This document shows, piece after piece, positions 27,300 to 38,002 of a stretch of 58,576 nt of DNA. Within the stretch, counting starts at the first letter, position 1. Each line of letters starts with the position of its first letter. The DNA is from Nanobdellota archaeon (GTDB taxonomy: Archaea; Nanobdellota; Nanobdellia; Pacearchaeales; GW2011-AR1). The stretch spans positions 1 through 58,576 of the forward strand of contig JAUSIT010000038.1 of the NCBI GenBank assembly GCA_030647965.1, given 5' to 3'. The position numbers and the translations under genes are program-made. The notes below the pieces were generated by a model. That model worked only from the letters and a program-made list of their open reading frames with translations. It ran no database searches and was not told the DNA's origin.

Positions 27300-28517
27300 A
27301 TGGTGATAGGACTAGATAAAATATTCAATTCTGCAATAAATAACACTTTATTTAAAAATAAAGAGGTTTTACAGACAAATTATACTCCTGAGTCAATACC
27401 TCATAGGGATAAACAAATAGAACAGATTGCAGGGATATTAGCTCCTTTATTAAGAGGTGAAAGATGTAGTAATTTATTTTTATATGGTAAAACTGGCACA
27501 GGAAAGACTCTTTCAATGCAATATGTTCAAAATGAATTATTAAGAAAAGCAAAAGAAATGGGATTAGAATTAAGAATAATTTATTTAAATTGTAAATTAA
27601 AAAAAGTTTCAGACACAGAATATCGGATTTTAGCTGCTTTAATAGGTAAATTAGGTAAAGAGGTTGCTGCAACAGGATTACCTACTGATCAAGTTTATTC
27701 TAAGTTTATTGAGATAATCGATGAAAAAAAACAATTGGTTGTTATTATTTTTGATGAAATTGATCAGGCTATTAAAAAAATTTCAGATAGTTTTTTATAT
27801 AATTTAACTAGGTTAAATTCAGAACTATCTAAATCTCAAATAAGTATTATAGGTATTTCTAATGATATTACTTTTTTAGAAGATATAGATCCTAGAGTAA
27901 GAAGTTCTTTAGGTGAAGAAGAACTTGTATTTCCTCCTTATAATGCATTACAATTACAAGATATATTAAATGAAAGATGTGCTATTTCTTTTAAAGAAAA
28001 TGCTGTTGATGCAGGAGTTATTGCAAAATGTGCTGCTTATGCTGCAAGAGAGCATGGGGATGCAAGAAGAGCTTTAGATTTATTAAGAATTGCAGGAGAA
28101 CTTTCTGAAAGAGAGGGAAATTCTAATGTTGGATTGAAATATATTGATTTAGCTAATGATAAAATGGAAAAAGACAAAATTTTAGATATTGTTGAAACTC
28201 AACCTAAACAATTTCAACTTGTTTTATATGCTATTTCAGAATTAACAAAATCTCAAAAAAATAATAAAGAATTAAATAAATTTTTTACAGGAGATGTTTA
28301 TGATGTTTATAGGGATATTTGCATTAAAACAAAAAATGAGTATTTAACTCAAAGAAGAATTTCTGATATTATTGCTGAAATGGATATGTTGGGTTTGATA
28401 AATGCTAAGGTTATTTCAAAAGGGAGACATGGTAGAACTAGAGAAATAAAATTTGCAATACCTATAGGTTTATTTGATAAAATTGATGCTATTTTAAAAG
28501 AATCTTTAGGTTTGTAA
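27300..28517 (+). CDS. cdc6: Orc1/Cdc6 replication initiator
   Basis: GKTGTGKT, FDEID, FPPYNA, HGDARRALDLLR, C-terminal SKGRHGRT. Confidence 0.97.
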   Translation: MVIGLDKIFNSAINNTLFKNKEVLQTNYTPESIPHRDKQIEQIAGILAPLLRGERCSNLFLYGKTGTGKTLSMQYVQNELLRKAKEMGLELRIIYLNCKLKKVSDTEYRILAALIGKLGKEVAATGLPTDQVYSKFIEIIDEKKQLVVIIFDEIDQAIKKISDSFLYNLTRLNSELSKSQISIIGISNDITFLEDIDPRVRSSLGEEELVFPPYNALQLQDILNERCAISFKENAVDAGVIAKCAAYAAREHGDARRALDLLRIAGELSEREGNSNVGLKYIDLANDKMEKDKILDIVETQPKQFQLVLYAISELTKSQKNNKELNKFFTGDVYDVYRDICIKTKNEYLTQRRISDIIAEMDMLGLINAKVISKGRHGRTREIKFAIPIGLFDKIDAILKESLGL

Positions 28518-28539
28518 TTAAATTATTATACTTTTAACA

Positions 28540-30117
28540 ATGGAAAAAACAATCTTAAAAATTTGTATGGAGAAAGGTTTTTTATTAGATAAAGAGATGT
28601 TAAACTTACTTTCTGGATTAGATGAAGAGAGTGCTAAAAAATTAATTGAAAGCATTGTCAGCTTAAAATTTGAAGAAAAGGTTATAACAAAGACTTTTTT
28701 TTCAAAAAATCTTCAAAAAATTCAAGAAGTTTTAATTGATGGAAAAAATAAGACAGTTATTGAAAATCTGTTTTTTAATTTAGGTTATTCTAGAACAGAA
28801 ATTGAACAAAAAGAAGTAAGAAAAGAAGAAAAAGTAGAATTGATTGAAGAAAAACAAGGAAAAGTTAAATTATTATCTGTTTCGTTTGTTCCTCCTAAAA
28901 AAGTATGTGTTGCTGATTTTGTAAAACATTATAGAACAAGGTATGAACAAATTAAAAAAATACTTTTAGAAAGAAATTTAGATAATTTAACTTCTTTAAG
29001 GAAAATAGGGGATAAAAAAGAAAATTATACTATTATTGCTTCTGTTTTTGATAAAAGAATAACTAAAAATAAAAATCTTTTACTTAATGTTGAAGATTCT
29101 AGTGGAAGGGCAAGAATTTTAATAAATGCTAATAAAAAAGAGGTTTTTGATAAGGCTAAAGATCTTTTATTAGATGATATTGTTGCATTTCAAGTTTCTG
29201 GAAATAAAGAATGGCTTTATGCTAATGATGTTATTTTTCCTGATTGTGTATTGCATGAAAAGAAAAAATATGAAAAAGATGAATGGGTTGCTTTTAGTTC
29301 TGATGCTCATATAGGTTCTACTATGTTTTTAGAGGAAAATTTTAAAAAATTTTTAGAATGGCTTAATGGTGAAAGAGGGGATGAAAAACAAAAAGAAATT
29401 GCTAAAAAAGTAAAATATTTATTTTTAGTTGGAGATTGCATTGATGGTGTGGGAGTTTATCCTGATCAAGAGAGATTTTTAAATATTAAAAATATTAAAG
29501 ATCAATATAATAAACTTTCAGAATTTTTAAGATATTTAAGAAAAGATATTAAAATTATTTTATCTCCTGGGCAGCATGATGGTGTGAGAGTTGCAGAGCC
29601 TCAACCAATTGTAGAAGAGTCTTGGGCTCCTGAATTACATAAAATAGAAAATTTGACTTTGGTTCCAAATCCTGCTTTAGTTGAAATAGATGGGGGATTT
29701 AAAATTTTAATGTATCATGGAGCAAGTATGCATAGTATTATTGATGAAATTGAAGATATAAGATTAAATTATAAATCAAATTCACCTACAAGGGTTGTAA
29801 AAGAAATGTTAAAAAGAAGACATTTAGCTCCGACTCATAGTTCTGTTACATATATTCCTAATGAAAAAGAAGATCCTTTGTTAATTACACAAATTCCTGA
29901 TATTGTTGCAACAGGGGATTTGCACAGGCCTGAAATTTCTATTTATAATAATATTTTATTAATTGCATCTTCTTGTTGGCAGTCAATTACTCCTTTTGAA
30001 GAAAAAGTAGGCAATCATCCTGACCCTTGCAAAGTTCCTTTATTTAATTTAAAGACAAGAGAAATTAAAATAATAGATTTTGGAGACACTAAAGAAGATA
30101 AAGGAGAGGAAAAATGA
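28540..30117 (+). CDS. polB: DNA polymerase D small subunit DP1
   Basis: OB fold, SDAHIGS, GDCIDGVGVYP, RRHLAP. Confidence 0.95.
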   Translation: MEKTILKICMEKGFLLDKEMLNLLSGLDEESAKKLIESIVSLKFEEKVITKTFFSKNLQKIQEVLIDGKNKTVIENLFFNLGYSRTEIEQKEVRKEEKVELIEEKQGKVKLLSVSFVPPKKVCVADFVKHYRTRYEQIKKILLERNLDNLTSLRKIGDKKENYTIIASVFDKRITKNKNLLLNVEDSSGRARILINANKKEVFDKAKDLLLDDIVAFQVSGNKEWLYANDVIFPDCVLHEKKKYEKDEWVAFSSDAHIGSTMFLEENFKKFLEWLNGERGDEKQKEIAKKVKYLFLVGDCIDGVGVYPDQERFLNIKNIKDQYNKLSEFLRYLRKDIKIILSPGQHDGVRVAEPQPIVEESWAPELHKIENLTLVPNPALVEIDGGFKILMYHGASMHSIIDEIEDIRLNYKSNSPTRVVKEMLKRRHLAPTHSSVTYIPNEKEDPLLITQIPDIVATGDLHRPEISIYNNILLIASSCWQSITPFEEKVGNHPDPCKVPLFNLKTREIKIIDFGDTKEDKGEEK

Positions 30118-31103
30118 GAATAAAAGATGAAATTTATGGTGAAGAAGAAATTAATGAATCTTATTTAGTAGAATTAATTAATTCTCCAAGTATTCAAAGA
30201 CTTAAAGGGATTTCAATGGGAATGCCTCAAGAATATTATCACAAACCAATTTATTCAAGATACGAACATTCTGTAGGAGTTTTAGTTTTATTAAGAAAAT
30301 TAAAAGCTGATTCTAAAGAGCAAATTGCTGGTTTGTTACATGATATTTCTCATACTGCATTTTCTCATGTTATTGATTGGGTTATAGGAGACCCAACAAA
30401 AGAAGATTATCAGGATAATATGTTCTTAGATTTTATTAAAAATTCAGAAATTCCTTCTATTTTAAACAAATATAATTTTAATTATAAGAAATTTTCTAAC
30501 CTTAGTAAATTTTCTTTATTGGAAAAAGATGCCCCCAGTTTATGTGCTGATAGATTTGATTATTCTATTAGGGAGATTAATTGGAATGAGGGAAAGGATA
30601 TTACAGAAATGATTGTAAAGGATTTAATAAATCATAATAATAATATGGCTTTTAATTCTAAAAAAATTGCAGGAATATTTGCTAAAGGATACTCTCATTG
30701 TAATAGTGAACACTGGGCAGGTGATGAGGCAAAAGCTAGATATTATCTTCTTGCAAAAATTTTAAAGAGGGCATTATTAAAAAAGATTATATCTATAAAT
30801 GATTTAAGAACATTACAAGATTATTCTATTATTAATTTGTTGGTTGAAAATAAGGATAAAGAGATTTTATATCATCTTCATTTATTAAAAGATAATTTTA
30901 TTATTAAAAAGGTAGAATCTTATGAAGAAGGAATAATTCTGAAAAAAAAATTTAGATATGTTGACCCAGAAGTCTTATTAGACAATACTATTGTTAGATT
31001 ATCTGATATTTCTCAAACATATAAAACTTTATTAAATAAATTAAAAGAAGAATCAGAATTAGATAATAAAATTATTATAGGAGGGGTTAAAGTAGAATTA
31101 TAA
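30114..31103 (+). CDS. HD-domain phosphohydrolase
   Basis: SRYEHSVGV, LLHDISHTAFSH, CADRFDY. Confidence 0.9.
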   Translation: MRIKDEIYGEEEINESYLVELINSPSIQRLKGISMGMPQEYYHKPIYSRYEHSVGVLVLLRKLKADSKEQIAGLLHDISHTAFSHVIDWVIGDPTKEDYQDNMFLDFIKNSEIPSILNKYNFNYKKFSNLSKFSLLEKDAPSLCADRFDYSIREINWNEGKDITEMIVKDLINHNNNMAFNSKKIAGIFAKGYSHCNSEHWAGDEAKARYYLLAKILKRALLKKIISINDLRTLQDYSIINLLVENKDKEILYHLHLLKDNFIIKKVESYEEGIILKKKFRYVDPEVLLDNTIVRLSDISQTYKTLLNKLKEESELDNKIIIGGVKVEL

Positions 31104-31105
31104 AA

Positions 31106-34100
31106 ATGGAACAGTATTTCAATGAACTTGTAAAAGATGTAAGAAAAGAGTATGCTATTGCAGAATTAGCAAAGCAAAAAGGGCTTGACCCTGTTGATAA
31201 AGTCGAAATTCCTTTAGCAATGTCTCTTGCTGAAAAAGTAGTTGGTTTAATTTCTACTATTTATCCTCAGTTGGAAAATAGCGGGGTTGCAAAAAGAATA
31301 ATTGAATTAGAAAATGAATATGGGCAATTAGATACTGCTGTTTCATTTAAAATTGCAGAAGAAGTTGCAAAAGAAAAATTTTGTAAATTTAAAAGTTTAC
31401 TAGAAGCAATTGATGCAGGAATAAGGGTAGGATTTTCATATACTACTTTAGGTGTTGTTTCATCTCCTATTGAAGGATTTACAGGAATAAAATTAGGCAA
31501 AACAAAAAATGGAGAAGAGTATTTTATTGCTTCTTTTTCAGGACCTATAAGAAGTGCAGGAACCACTGCTTCTTGTGTTGTTTTAATGTTAATTGATTAT
31601 TTAAGAGAACTTTTTGGATATGCAAAATATGACCCTGATGAAAATGAAATAAAAAGATATGTTATTGAAAATTTTGATTATCATGAAAGAGTTAATAATT
31701 TACAGTATTTACCTACTGAAGAAGAAATTATTTTTTTAGCTAAGAATTTACCTATTCAAGTTTCAGGAGAGCCAACTGAAAAAAAAGAGGTTTCAAATTA
31801 TAAAGACTTGCCTAGAGTTGAAACTAATTGTATTAGGGGAGGAATGTGTTTATGTTTTTCAGAAGGTCTTGCACAAAAAGCGCAAAAAGGATTAAGATTA
31901 TGGAAAGCAACACAGGCAAAAGGTTTTCAGATGACTGGTTGGGAATTTTTAAGTGAATATTTAATTATGCATAAAAAAAGAGAAAAAGGAAGTACTGATG
32001 CATCTCCAACTTATATTAAAGATTTAGTTGCAGGAAGGCCGGTATTTGGGCATCCTTCTCGTTCAGGAGCATTTAGATTTAGATATGGGAGAAGTAGAGT
32101 ATGTGGATTTTCTGCAGTATCTATACATCCTGCAACAATGGCAATTTCAAATAATTTTTTATCAACAGGAACTCAATTAAAAATTGAAAAACCTACTAAA
32201 GGGTGTGTTGTTACTTCTTGTGATTCAATTGATGGACCTATTGTAAAATTAAAAAATGGAAGTGTAAAAAGGCTGTATGATTTTGAAGAGGCAAAAAAAT
32301 TATATAAAGAAACAGAAGAAATAATTTATTTTGGAGATATTTTATTTCCTTTAGGAGATGTAATTAATAGAAATTATGAATTAATAAAATCTGCTTATGT
32401 TGAAGAGTGGTGGGGATTGGAATTAAAGAAAAAATTTGAAGAAAAAGGAGAAATTTTTAATTTAGATGTTTTTAAAGTTAGTTTAAATGAAGCAATAGTA
32501 TTTTCTGAAAATTATAAAATTCCTTTATATCCTAAATATATTTATTATTGGAGCCAGATAAAAACAGAAGATTTTTTTTGGCTAATGGAATGGCTTCAAA
32601 ATGCAGAATGGAGAGAAAAATTAATATTACCTTATGAGAAATCTTCAAGAGATAAGTTTAAACAGGCAAAAAGAGCTTTGGAATTATTAGGAGTTGAGCA
32701 TGAAGTTATTTTTGATAATGTTATTATTAATGATGGGAAGGCATTTTTAATTAATTTAGGGATTGATTTTTTTGGTGAGAATTTTAAAGAAAGTGTGAAG
32801 AAAATTATTGAAGAAAATAAAGATAAAACCAGTGTTTTGGAGATTATTAATAATATTTCTAAATTTAAAATAAAAGATAAGGCAGGAGTTTTTATTGGAA
32901 CAAGAATGGGTAGGCCTGAAAAAGCTAAATTAAGAAAATTAATAGGAAGTCCTAATGTTTTATTTCCTATTGGGGAACAAGGGGGGAGATTTAGAAGTTT
33001 AAATGAAGCTGCTGAAATTGGTTTTATTAAAGGAAATTTTCCAATAAATTATTGTGAAACTTGTAAAAAAAATACTATCTATAGAACTTGTGAAAGTTGT
33101 GGAAATAAAACAAATAAGTTAAGAATATGTCCTGAATGCAGAAAAACTTTTGAAGGATTAGTTTGTCCTGAACATAATTTAGGAAAAGGTTTTGATAATC
33201 AGAGAATAGATAGCAAGTATTATCTTTCAAAAGCTTCTAAATTTTTAGAAGCAACAACTATTCCTGAATTAATAAAAGGAGTAAGAGAAACTTTTAGTGA
33301 AGATCATGATTTTGAGCATATTGAAAAAGGAATTTTAAGAGCAAAGTATAATTTATGTGTTAATAAAGATGGAACTATTAGATATGATGCAACAGAACTT
33401 CCTATAACTCATTTTAAACCTAAAGAAGTTGCAGTGGGTTTTGAAAAATTAAAAGAAATAGGTTATATTAAAGATATTTTTGATAAAGAATTAATTAGTG
33501 ATGAACAAATTTTAGAATTAAAACCTCATGATATTATTCTTCCTGCATGTCCTGAGACTAAGGATGAAAGGGGAGATAGTGTTTTTTTAAATATTGCTAA
33601 TTTTTTAGATGAATTACTTGAAAAATTTTACAAATTGCCAAAATATTATAATTTGAAAACAAAACAAGATTTAGTTGGGCAGTTAGTTGTTTGCATGGCT
33701 CCTCATAATTGTGCTGGGGTTATTGGGAGAATCATTGGATTTTCAAAAACCCAAGGATTATTGGCTTCTCCTTATATGCATGCTGCAATGAGAAGAGATT
33801 GCGTTTATCCTACTACAAATTTTGTTTATTCTGAAAACGGAGAAACAAAGATTTGTGAGATTGGTGATTATGTTGAAGAATTAATTAAGAATAATGCAAA
33901 AACAAAAATAATAGATTCTTATAATACTTTAAAAATTAATATTAATAAAGAAATTTATGCATTTGGAGTAAATCCTATAAGCAAAAAACTTACCAAGAAG
34001 AAAATAAAATATTTTATTAAAGGAATGCCTCCTGAAAAATGGGTTAAGATTAAAACGTGCAGTGGGAGGGAACAGATTATGACTCCCAGGCATAAATTTA

Positions 34101-36064
34101 TTTATTTAGATAAAAATATGAATTTTAAAGTAAAAACTGCAAGTGAAATAAAAAAAGGAGATAAAATTGCAGTTTTAAAAAAGTTTGATATAAAAAATAG
34201 ACAAAAAGAAATTTTTTTACCGAAAGTATTGTCCGAAAGTGTTCCTTTTAAATTTCAAAAGCAAATAAGAATATGCAATTCAGCTGGCTTTTTTAAGAAG
34301 ATTGTGGAAAAAATAGGAATTGTAAAATTAAGAAGCATAATTTCTGATTTGCCTAAAAATTTATTTGACTGGTATAATATTGTCCCCCTAAGTCATATTA
34401 AACTTTTAGAAGATCATGGATTTTTTTGCTGGAAAGATTTACCTAAAAATGCTTGTATGAGAGGAGCTTTTAATAATCATAAATGGGAACTTAAATTGAA
34501 AATAAGCCCTGAAATGGCAAGAGTTTTAGGGTATTATTCTGCTGAAGGATATTGCAGAAAAACAAAAACAGTATCTCAAGTTTGTTTTAGAATAATGGAC
34601 TCAAATCAGCAGAAAGATTTGATAAGATGCATTAAGTCTTGCTTTGGAATTAAACCTAGTTGTGGAGAAAATAATACTAAAATAAGTATTTGCAATCAGA
34701 TTATTTATTTTTTATTTAAATATTCTTTTAATGCAGGAGAAGGAGCTTATCAAAAAAAGGTGCCAAATATTCTTTTTAATCTTGAACCTAATATTGTTAA
34801 GGAATATATTTCTACTTATTTTAATGGAGATGGTACAATTATAAACGGGAGAAAAAAAGCTATTTGTTTTTACTCTGTTAGCAGAAAAATGCTAGATAGT
34901 TTGGCACTTTTAATTTCTAAATTTGGAATTTTTGGCAGGTTTTTAAAAACAAAAGAAAGATTGCCTGGAAAAAAAGTTCTGGAAAGATATAAAGAACTTA
35001 ATATTAAACCTAAAAAACATATTTTAAATCATCTTGTTTTTTCAGGAGCAGATTTTTATAATTTAAGCCAGCTAATCAAGAAAAAAGTTAATAAGAGAAA
35101 CAATCTTTTTGAAGTTGAAAAATCTAATCTTTCTAGAAAGATTTTGTTTGAGAATCATTTTTATAAATTAGATTCAATAGGAGATGTTTTTGTAGATATT
35201 ATTAAAGAAGTTGAATCTTTTAAAGATAATAATCACTCATATTGTTTTGAAGTTGATTGGAAGTCTGAAGAAGATAAAAATGTTTTATGGGGAGAACAAA
35301 TTATTAATGCTAGGTGCGATGGAGACGAGGCCGCAGTCATGATGTTATTAGATGTTTTAATAAATTTTTCAAGAAAATTTTTGCCTTCACATAGAGGGGG
35401 AACTCAGGATGCTCCTTTGGTTTTAAATTCAAAAATAAGTGCAGGAGAGGTTGATGATCAGATTTTAGATTTTGAATTATGTGCTCAATATCCTTTAGAG
35501 TTATATGAATTTTCAGAACAAGGAAAGCACTCTTCAACAGTTTCTATAGAAACTGTTAAAACTAGATTAAAGAAAAATGAAGATCCTTTTGTAAAAATAG
35601 GTTTTACACACAATACTGATGATTTTAATCTAGGAGTTATTAATTCTTCTTATAAGACATTACCTACTATGAAGGATAAGGTTTTTAATCAAATGGATTT
35701 ATGCAAAAAATTAAGAGCTGTTGATGCAGCAGATGTGGCAAGATTAATTATTGATAGGCATTTTATTAGAGATATTAGAGGTAATTTAAGAAAGTTTTCA
35801 CAACAAGAGTTTAGATGTGTAAAATGCAATGAAAAATTTAGACGACCCCCTATGTCTGGGTGTTGCTCTAAATGCGAAGGAAAAATTATATTTACTATTT
35901 CAGAAGGTTCTATTATAAAATATTTAGAACCTGCTTTAGATTTGGCAAATAATTTTGCTATTCCTGCTTATACTAAGCAAGGGCTTGAACTTGCTAAAAT
36001 TTATATTGAAAGTATTTTTGGAAAAGAACAAGACAAACAGATTGAATTAAAAAAATGGTTTTAA
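31106..36064 (+). CDS. polC: DNA polymerase D large subunit DP2, intein-containing
   Basis: GPIRSAGTT, FRFRYGRSR, GTRMGRPEKA, KDGTIRYD, HAAMRRD|CDGDE, C-terminal Zn finger. Confidence 0.97.
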   Translation: MEQYFNELVKDVRKEYAIAELAKQKGLDPVDKVEIPLAMSLAEKVVGLISTIYPQLENSGVAKRIIELENEYGQLDTAVSFKIAEEVAKEKFCKFKSLLEAIDAGIRVGFSYTTLGVVSSPIEGFTGIKLGKTKNGEEYFIASFSGPIRSAGTTASCVVLMLIDYLRELFGYAKYDPDENEIKRYVIENFDYHERVNNLQYLPTEEEIIFLAKNLPIQVSGEPTEKKEVSNYKDLPRVETNCIRGGMCLCFSEGLAQKAQKGLRLWKATQAKGFQMTGWEFLSEYLIMHKKREKGSTDASPTYIKDLVAGRPVFGHPSRSGAFRFRYGRSRVCGFSAVSIHPATMAISNNFLSTGTQLKIEKPTKGCVVTSCDSIDGPIVKLKNGSVKRLYDFEEAKKLYKETEEIIYFGDILFPLGDVINRNYELIKSAYVEEWWGLELKKKFEEKGEIFNLDVFKVSLNEAIVFSENYKIPLYPKYIYYWSQIKTEDFFWLMEWLQNAEWREKLILPYEKSSRDKFKQAKRALELLGVEHEVIFDNVIINDGKAFLINLGIDFFGENFKESVKKIIEENKDKTSVLEIINNISKFKIKDKAGVFIGTRMGRPEKAKLRKLIGSPNVLFPIGEQGGRFRSLNEAAEIGFIKGNFPINYCETCKKNTIYRTCESCGNKTNKLRICPECRKTFEGLVCPEHNLGKGFDNQRIDSKYYLSKASKFLEATTIPELIKGVRETFSEDHDFEHIEKGILRAKYNLCVNKDGTIRYDATELPITHFKPKEVAVGFEKLKEIGYIKDIFDKELISDEQILELKPHDIILPACPETKDERGDSVFLNIANFLDELLEKFYKLPKYYNLKTKQDLVGQLVVCMAPHNCAGVIGRIIGFSKTQGLLASPYMHAAMRRDCVYPTTNFVYSENGETKICEIGDYVEELIKNNAKTKIIDSYNTLKININKEIYAFGVNPISKKLTKKKIKYFIKGMPPEKWVKIKTCSGREQIMTPRHKFIYLDKNMNFKVKTASEIKKGDKIAVLKKFDIKNRQKEIFLPKVLSESVPFKFQKQIRICNSAGFFKKIVEKIGIVKLRSIISDLPKNLFDWYNIVPLSHIKLLEDHGFFCWKDLPKNACMRGAFNNHKWELKLKISPEMARVLGYYSAEGYCRKTKTVSQVCFRIMDSNQQKDLIRCIKSCFGIKPSCGENNTKISICNQIIYFLFKYSFNAGEGAYQKKVPNILFNLEPNIVKEYISTYFNGDGTIINGRKKAICFYSVSRKMLDSLALLISKFGIFGRFLKTKERLPGKKVLERYKELNIKPKKHILNHLVFSGADFYNLSQLIKKKVNKRNNLFEVEKSNLSRKILFENHFYKLDSIGDVFVDIIKEVESFKDNNHSYCFEVDWKSEEDKNVLWGEQIINARCDGDEAAVMMLLDVLINFSRKFLPSHRGGTQDAPLVLNSKISAGEVDDQILDFELCAQYPLELYEFSEQGKHSSTVSIETVKTRLKKNEDPFVKIGFTHNTDDFNLGVINSSYKTLPTMKDKVFNQMDLCKKLRAVDAADVARLIIDRHFIRDIRGNLRKFSQQEFRCVKCNEKFRRPPMSGCCSKCEGKIIFTISEGSIIKYLEPALDLANNFAIPAYTKQGLELAKIYIESIFGKEQDKQIELKKWF
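33800..35314 (+). mobile_element. 505-aa intein with LAGLIDADG homing endonuclease
   Basis: Begins CVYP after RRD; TPRH block B; LGYYSAEG and TYFNGDG motifs; ends ..IINAR before CDGDE. Confidence 0.92.
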
Positions 36065-36555
36065 ATTTTTCTAGAAGCAATATCTACTTTTCTTTTTTCA
36101 TTTAGAAAAAATTGCATTTTTTCAATTATTTCATCATAAGAAATTTTTTCTTTTTTACCAGATTTTAATATACCTATATTTAGAAGCATTATGTATTTTT
36201 TTGTTTTTTCAATATCTTTTAAAATAGGGTGATTTCTTTTTTCAGCTTCTTTTACAAATTCTTCATATTTAATAGGTGGATAGGGATAATAATCTTCACA
36301 CTTATGATTTTCAAAATCAGAAGTACATGAAGCACATGCTTCTTTTGCTGTTTTAAAGTCAGTAATATATCTTATATGTTCTATGCAAATACCCTCTACA
36401 ATTTCTTTTATTTGCCTATCAGGACAATCATAATTATTTGGGTGTTTTTTAGGATTATAATCTACTGCACAGCTATTACATCTTGAAGAAATAAGATTTA
36501 TATGTCCTTGACAAATTTTTAAAGCCAAGTCAATTTTTTTCTCTAATTTTGCCAT
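36061..36555 (-). CDS. Cys-rich hypothetical protein with internal repeat
   Basis: Two IC..H...CxxC..D...N..C.D units. Confidence 0.65.
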   Translation of the reverse strand: MAKLEKKIDLALKICQGHINLISSRCNSCAVDYNPKKHPNNYDCPDRQIKEIVEGICIEHIRYITDFKTAKEACASCTSDFENHKCEDYYPYPPIKYEEFVKEAEKRNHPILKDIEKTKKYIMLLNIGILKSGKKEKISYDEIIEKMQFFLNEKRKVDIASRKI

Positions 36556-36577
36556 GTTTTTAAGATTAGAATTTATT

Positions 36578-36901
36578 TTAGATAAATTTTACTGCAGTTC
36601 CATAAGCTAGGATTTCTGAAGAATTTGCCATAATTGATGATGTACCAAATCTCATAGCAATTATTCCATCTGCTTTTATTTTTATTGCTTCATTAACCAT
36701 TCTATTATATGCTTCATCTCTTGATTGTGATATTAATTCTGTAAATGTTCTTATTTCTCCACCAATAATTCCTTTGAATGCTGCTGCAATATCTCTTCCT
36801 ATATTTCTGCTTCTTACTGTATTTCCTTTGACAATTCCAATTACTTTTAATTTTTTGCCAGGAATATCATTTCCTGTTGTAACAATTATTTCGTTTGTCA
36901 T
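36578..36901 (-). CDS. YbjQ/UPF0145 family protein
   Basis: IVTTGNDIPG, GIIGGEI, AYGTAV. Confidence 0.92.
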   Translation of the reverse strand: MTNEIIVTTGNDIPGKKLKVIGIVKGNTVRSRNIGRDIAAAFKGIIGGEIRTFTELISQSRDEAYNRMVNEAIKIKADGIIAMRFGTSSIMANSSEILAYGTAVKFI

Positions 36902-37015
36902 AGTTATCCTTTGATTTCCTTATTTTTAATTGTTTTTATTTCTTCAAATGGGCATTATACTTCCTCTATCTTGTTATGATTTTTGTTGTTCCCATTTGAA
37001 TGTTTAAAAAATACC

Positions 37016-37219
37016 TCACCGCTTACTTACTGCGGGAGTATTTTTTATTTCTTCAATTTCATCTTCTTTATTTAAAAGAATTACAATTCCGATAATTAAT
37101 AGGATAATTGCATAAATCCATAGAAAAAAAAGAGTCTTTATTGAAAATAAGGGGATTATTAAAAAAATTAATCCTATAATGGTTATTATTATTCCTGTAA
37201 TTGATTGGCCTTTTCTCAT
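37016..37219 (-). CDS. Small two-TM protein
   Basis: Hydrophobic; 3' end overlaps a palindrome at 37006-37047. Confidence 0.65.
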   Translation of the reverse strand: MRKGQSITGIIITIIGLIFLIIPLFSIKTLFFLWIYAIILLIIGIVILLNKEDEIEEIKNTPAVSKR

Positions 37220-37222
37220 TTT

Positions 37223-37435
37223 TTATTTTTTTGGATTTAAAATATAGTGAACATCATACCAATAATCTAATGGTTTTAGTGACTCTGTATCTTTCAATAT
37301 ATTGCATAATCTTAAGCTAGGAATTATTTCTGCCTGGCCTGGTTTAATATAATCTCCTGTTACATTTGCTCTAATTTCTCTTAATTTTTCTAGTGCTGAT
37401 TCTTGAGTTGCACATCTAACATAGGGTGTATTCAT
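37223..37435 (-). CDS. Hypothetical protein
   Basis: Abuts both neighbours in an operon-like run. Confidence 0.55.
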   Translation of the reverse strand: MNTPYVRCATQESALEKLREIRANVTGDYIKPGQAEIIPSLRLCNILKDTESLKPLDYWYDVHYILNPKK

Positions 37436-37623
37436 TTTTTTCTTTTTTTCTTTTTAGATTTAGTTATATTTGATTTTGATTTATATTCATTAAAAATAAT
37501 TAATCCAATTCCTGCGATAGTTATAATCATTGAAGCAAAGATATAAGAATTTGATGCTAAAATATAAAATATTGCACCTAAAATAACTAAAATTATTCCT
37601 AAACAAACAATTAATTTAGACAT
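37432..37623 (-). CDS. Small two-TM protein with basic tail
   Basis: Hydrophobic helices then KKKKRKK. Confidence 0.65.
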   Translation of the reverse strand: MSKLIVCLGIILVILGAIFYILASNSYIFASMIITIAGIGLIIFNEYKSKSNITKSKKKKRKK

Positions 37624-37693
37624 TTATTTTTTAAGAGATTTAGGATTATAAATCTGTTGGTGTTGGGAATTTTCTAGATAAGATATTTACTAA

Positions 37694-37995
37694 TTATAGC
37701 ACTTCGTTCTGTTAGAAAGGTTTCATCAGCATTTCTGAGCACTGTCAGGAATTTACATTCCTGAAGCCATCGAGAATTCTTAATTCTTGAGGTCCTAAAA
37801 TTCCAATATTTATATACATGAATTTTTTGATTATAAGAAGTCACCTAGAAAAAGTTTTGCTCTTTTATCTTGCGTTACTTATGCAAGAGCAAAACTTTTT
37901 GCGGTTCCTGATTAGTTATTAATTAATTGTTAAAATTGTCGCGAGACAATCATAATATCTTTGCTTGTTAAAGCAACTATTTCCATGTAAATTGC
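37694..37995 (+). repeat. Family B repeat, copy 3, with nested family A element (37710-37831) and 52-bp module (37849-37900)
   Basis: B backbone split between CTTCGT and AAGTC by A-type hairpins. Confidence 0.85.
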
Positions 37996-38002
37996 TTTTT
38001 TC

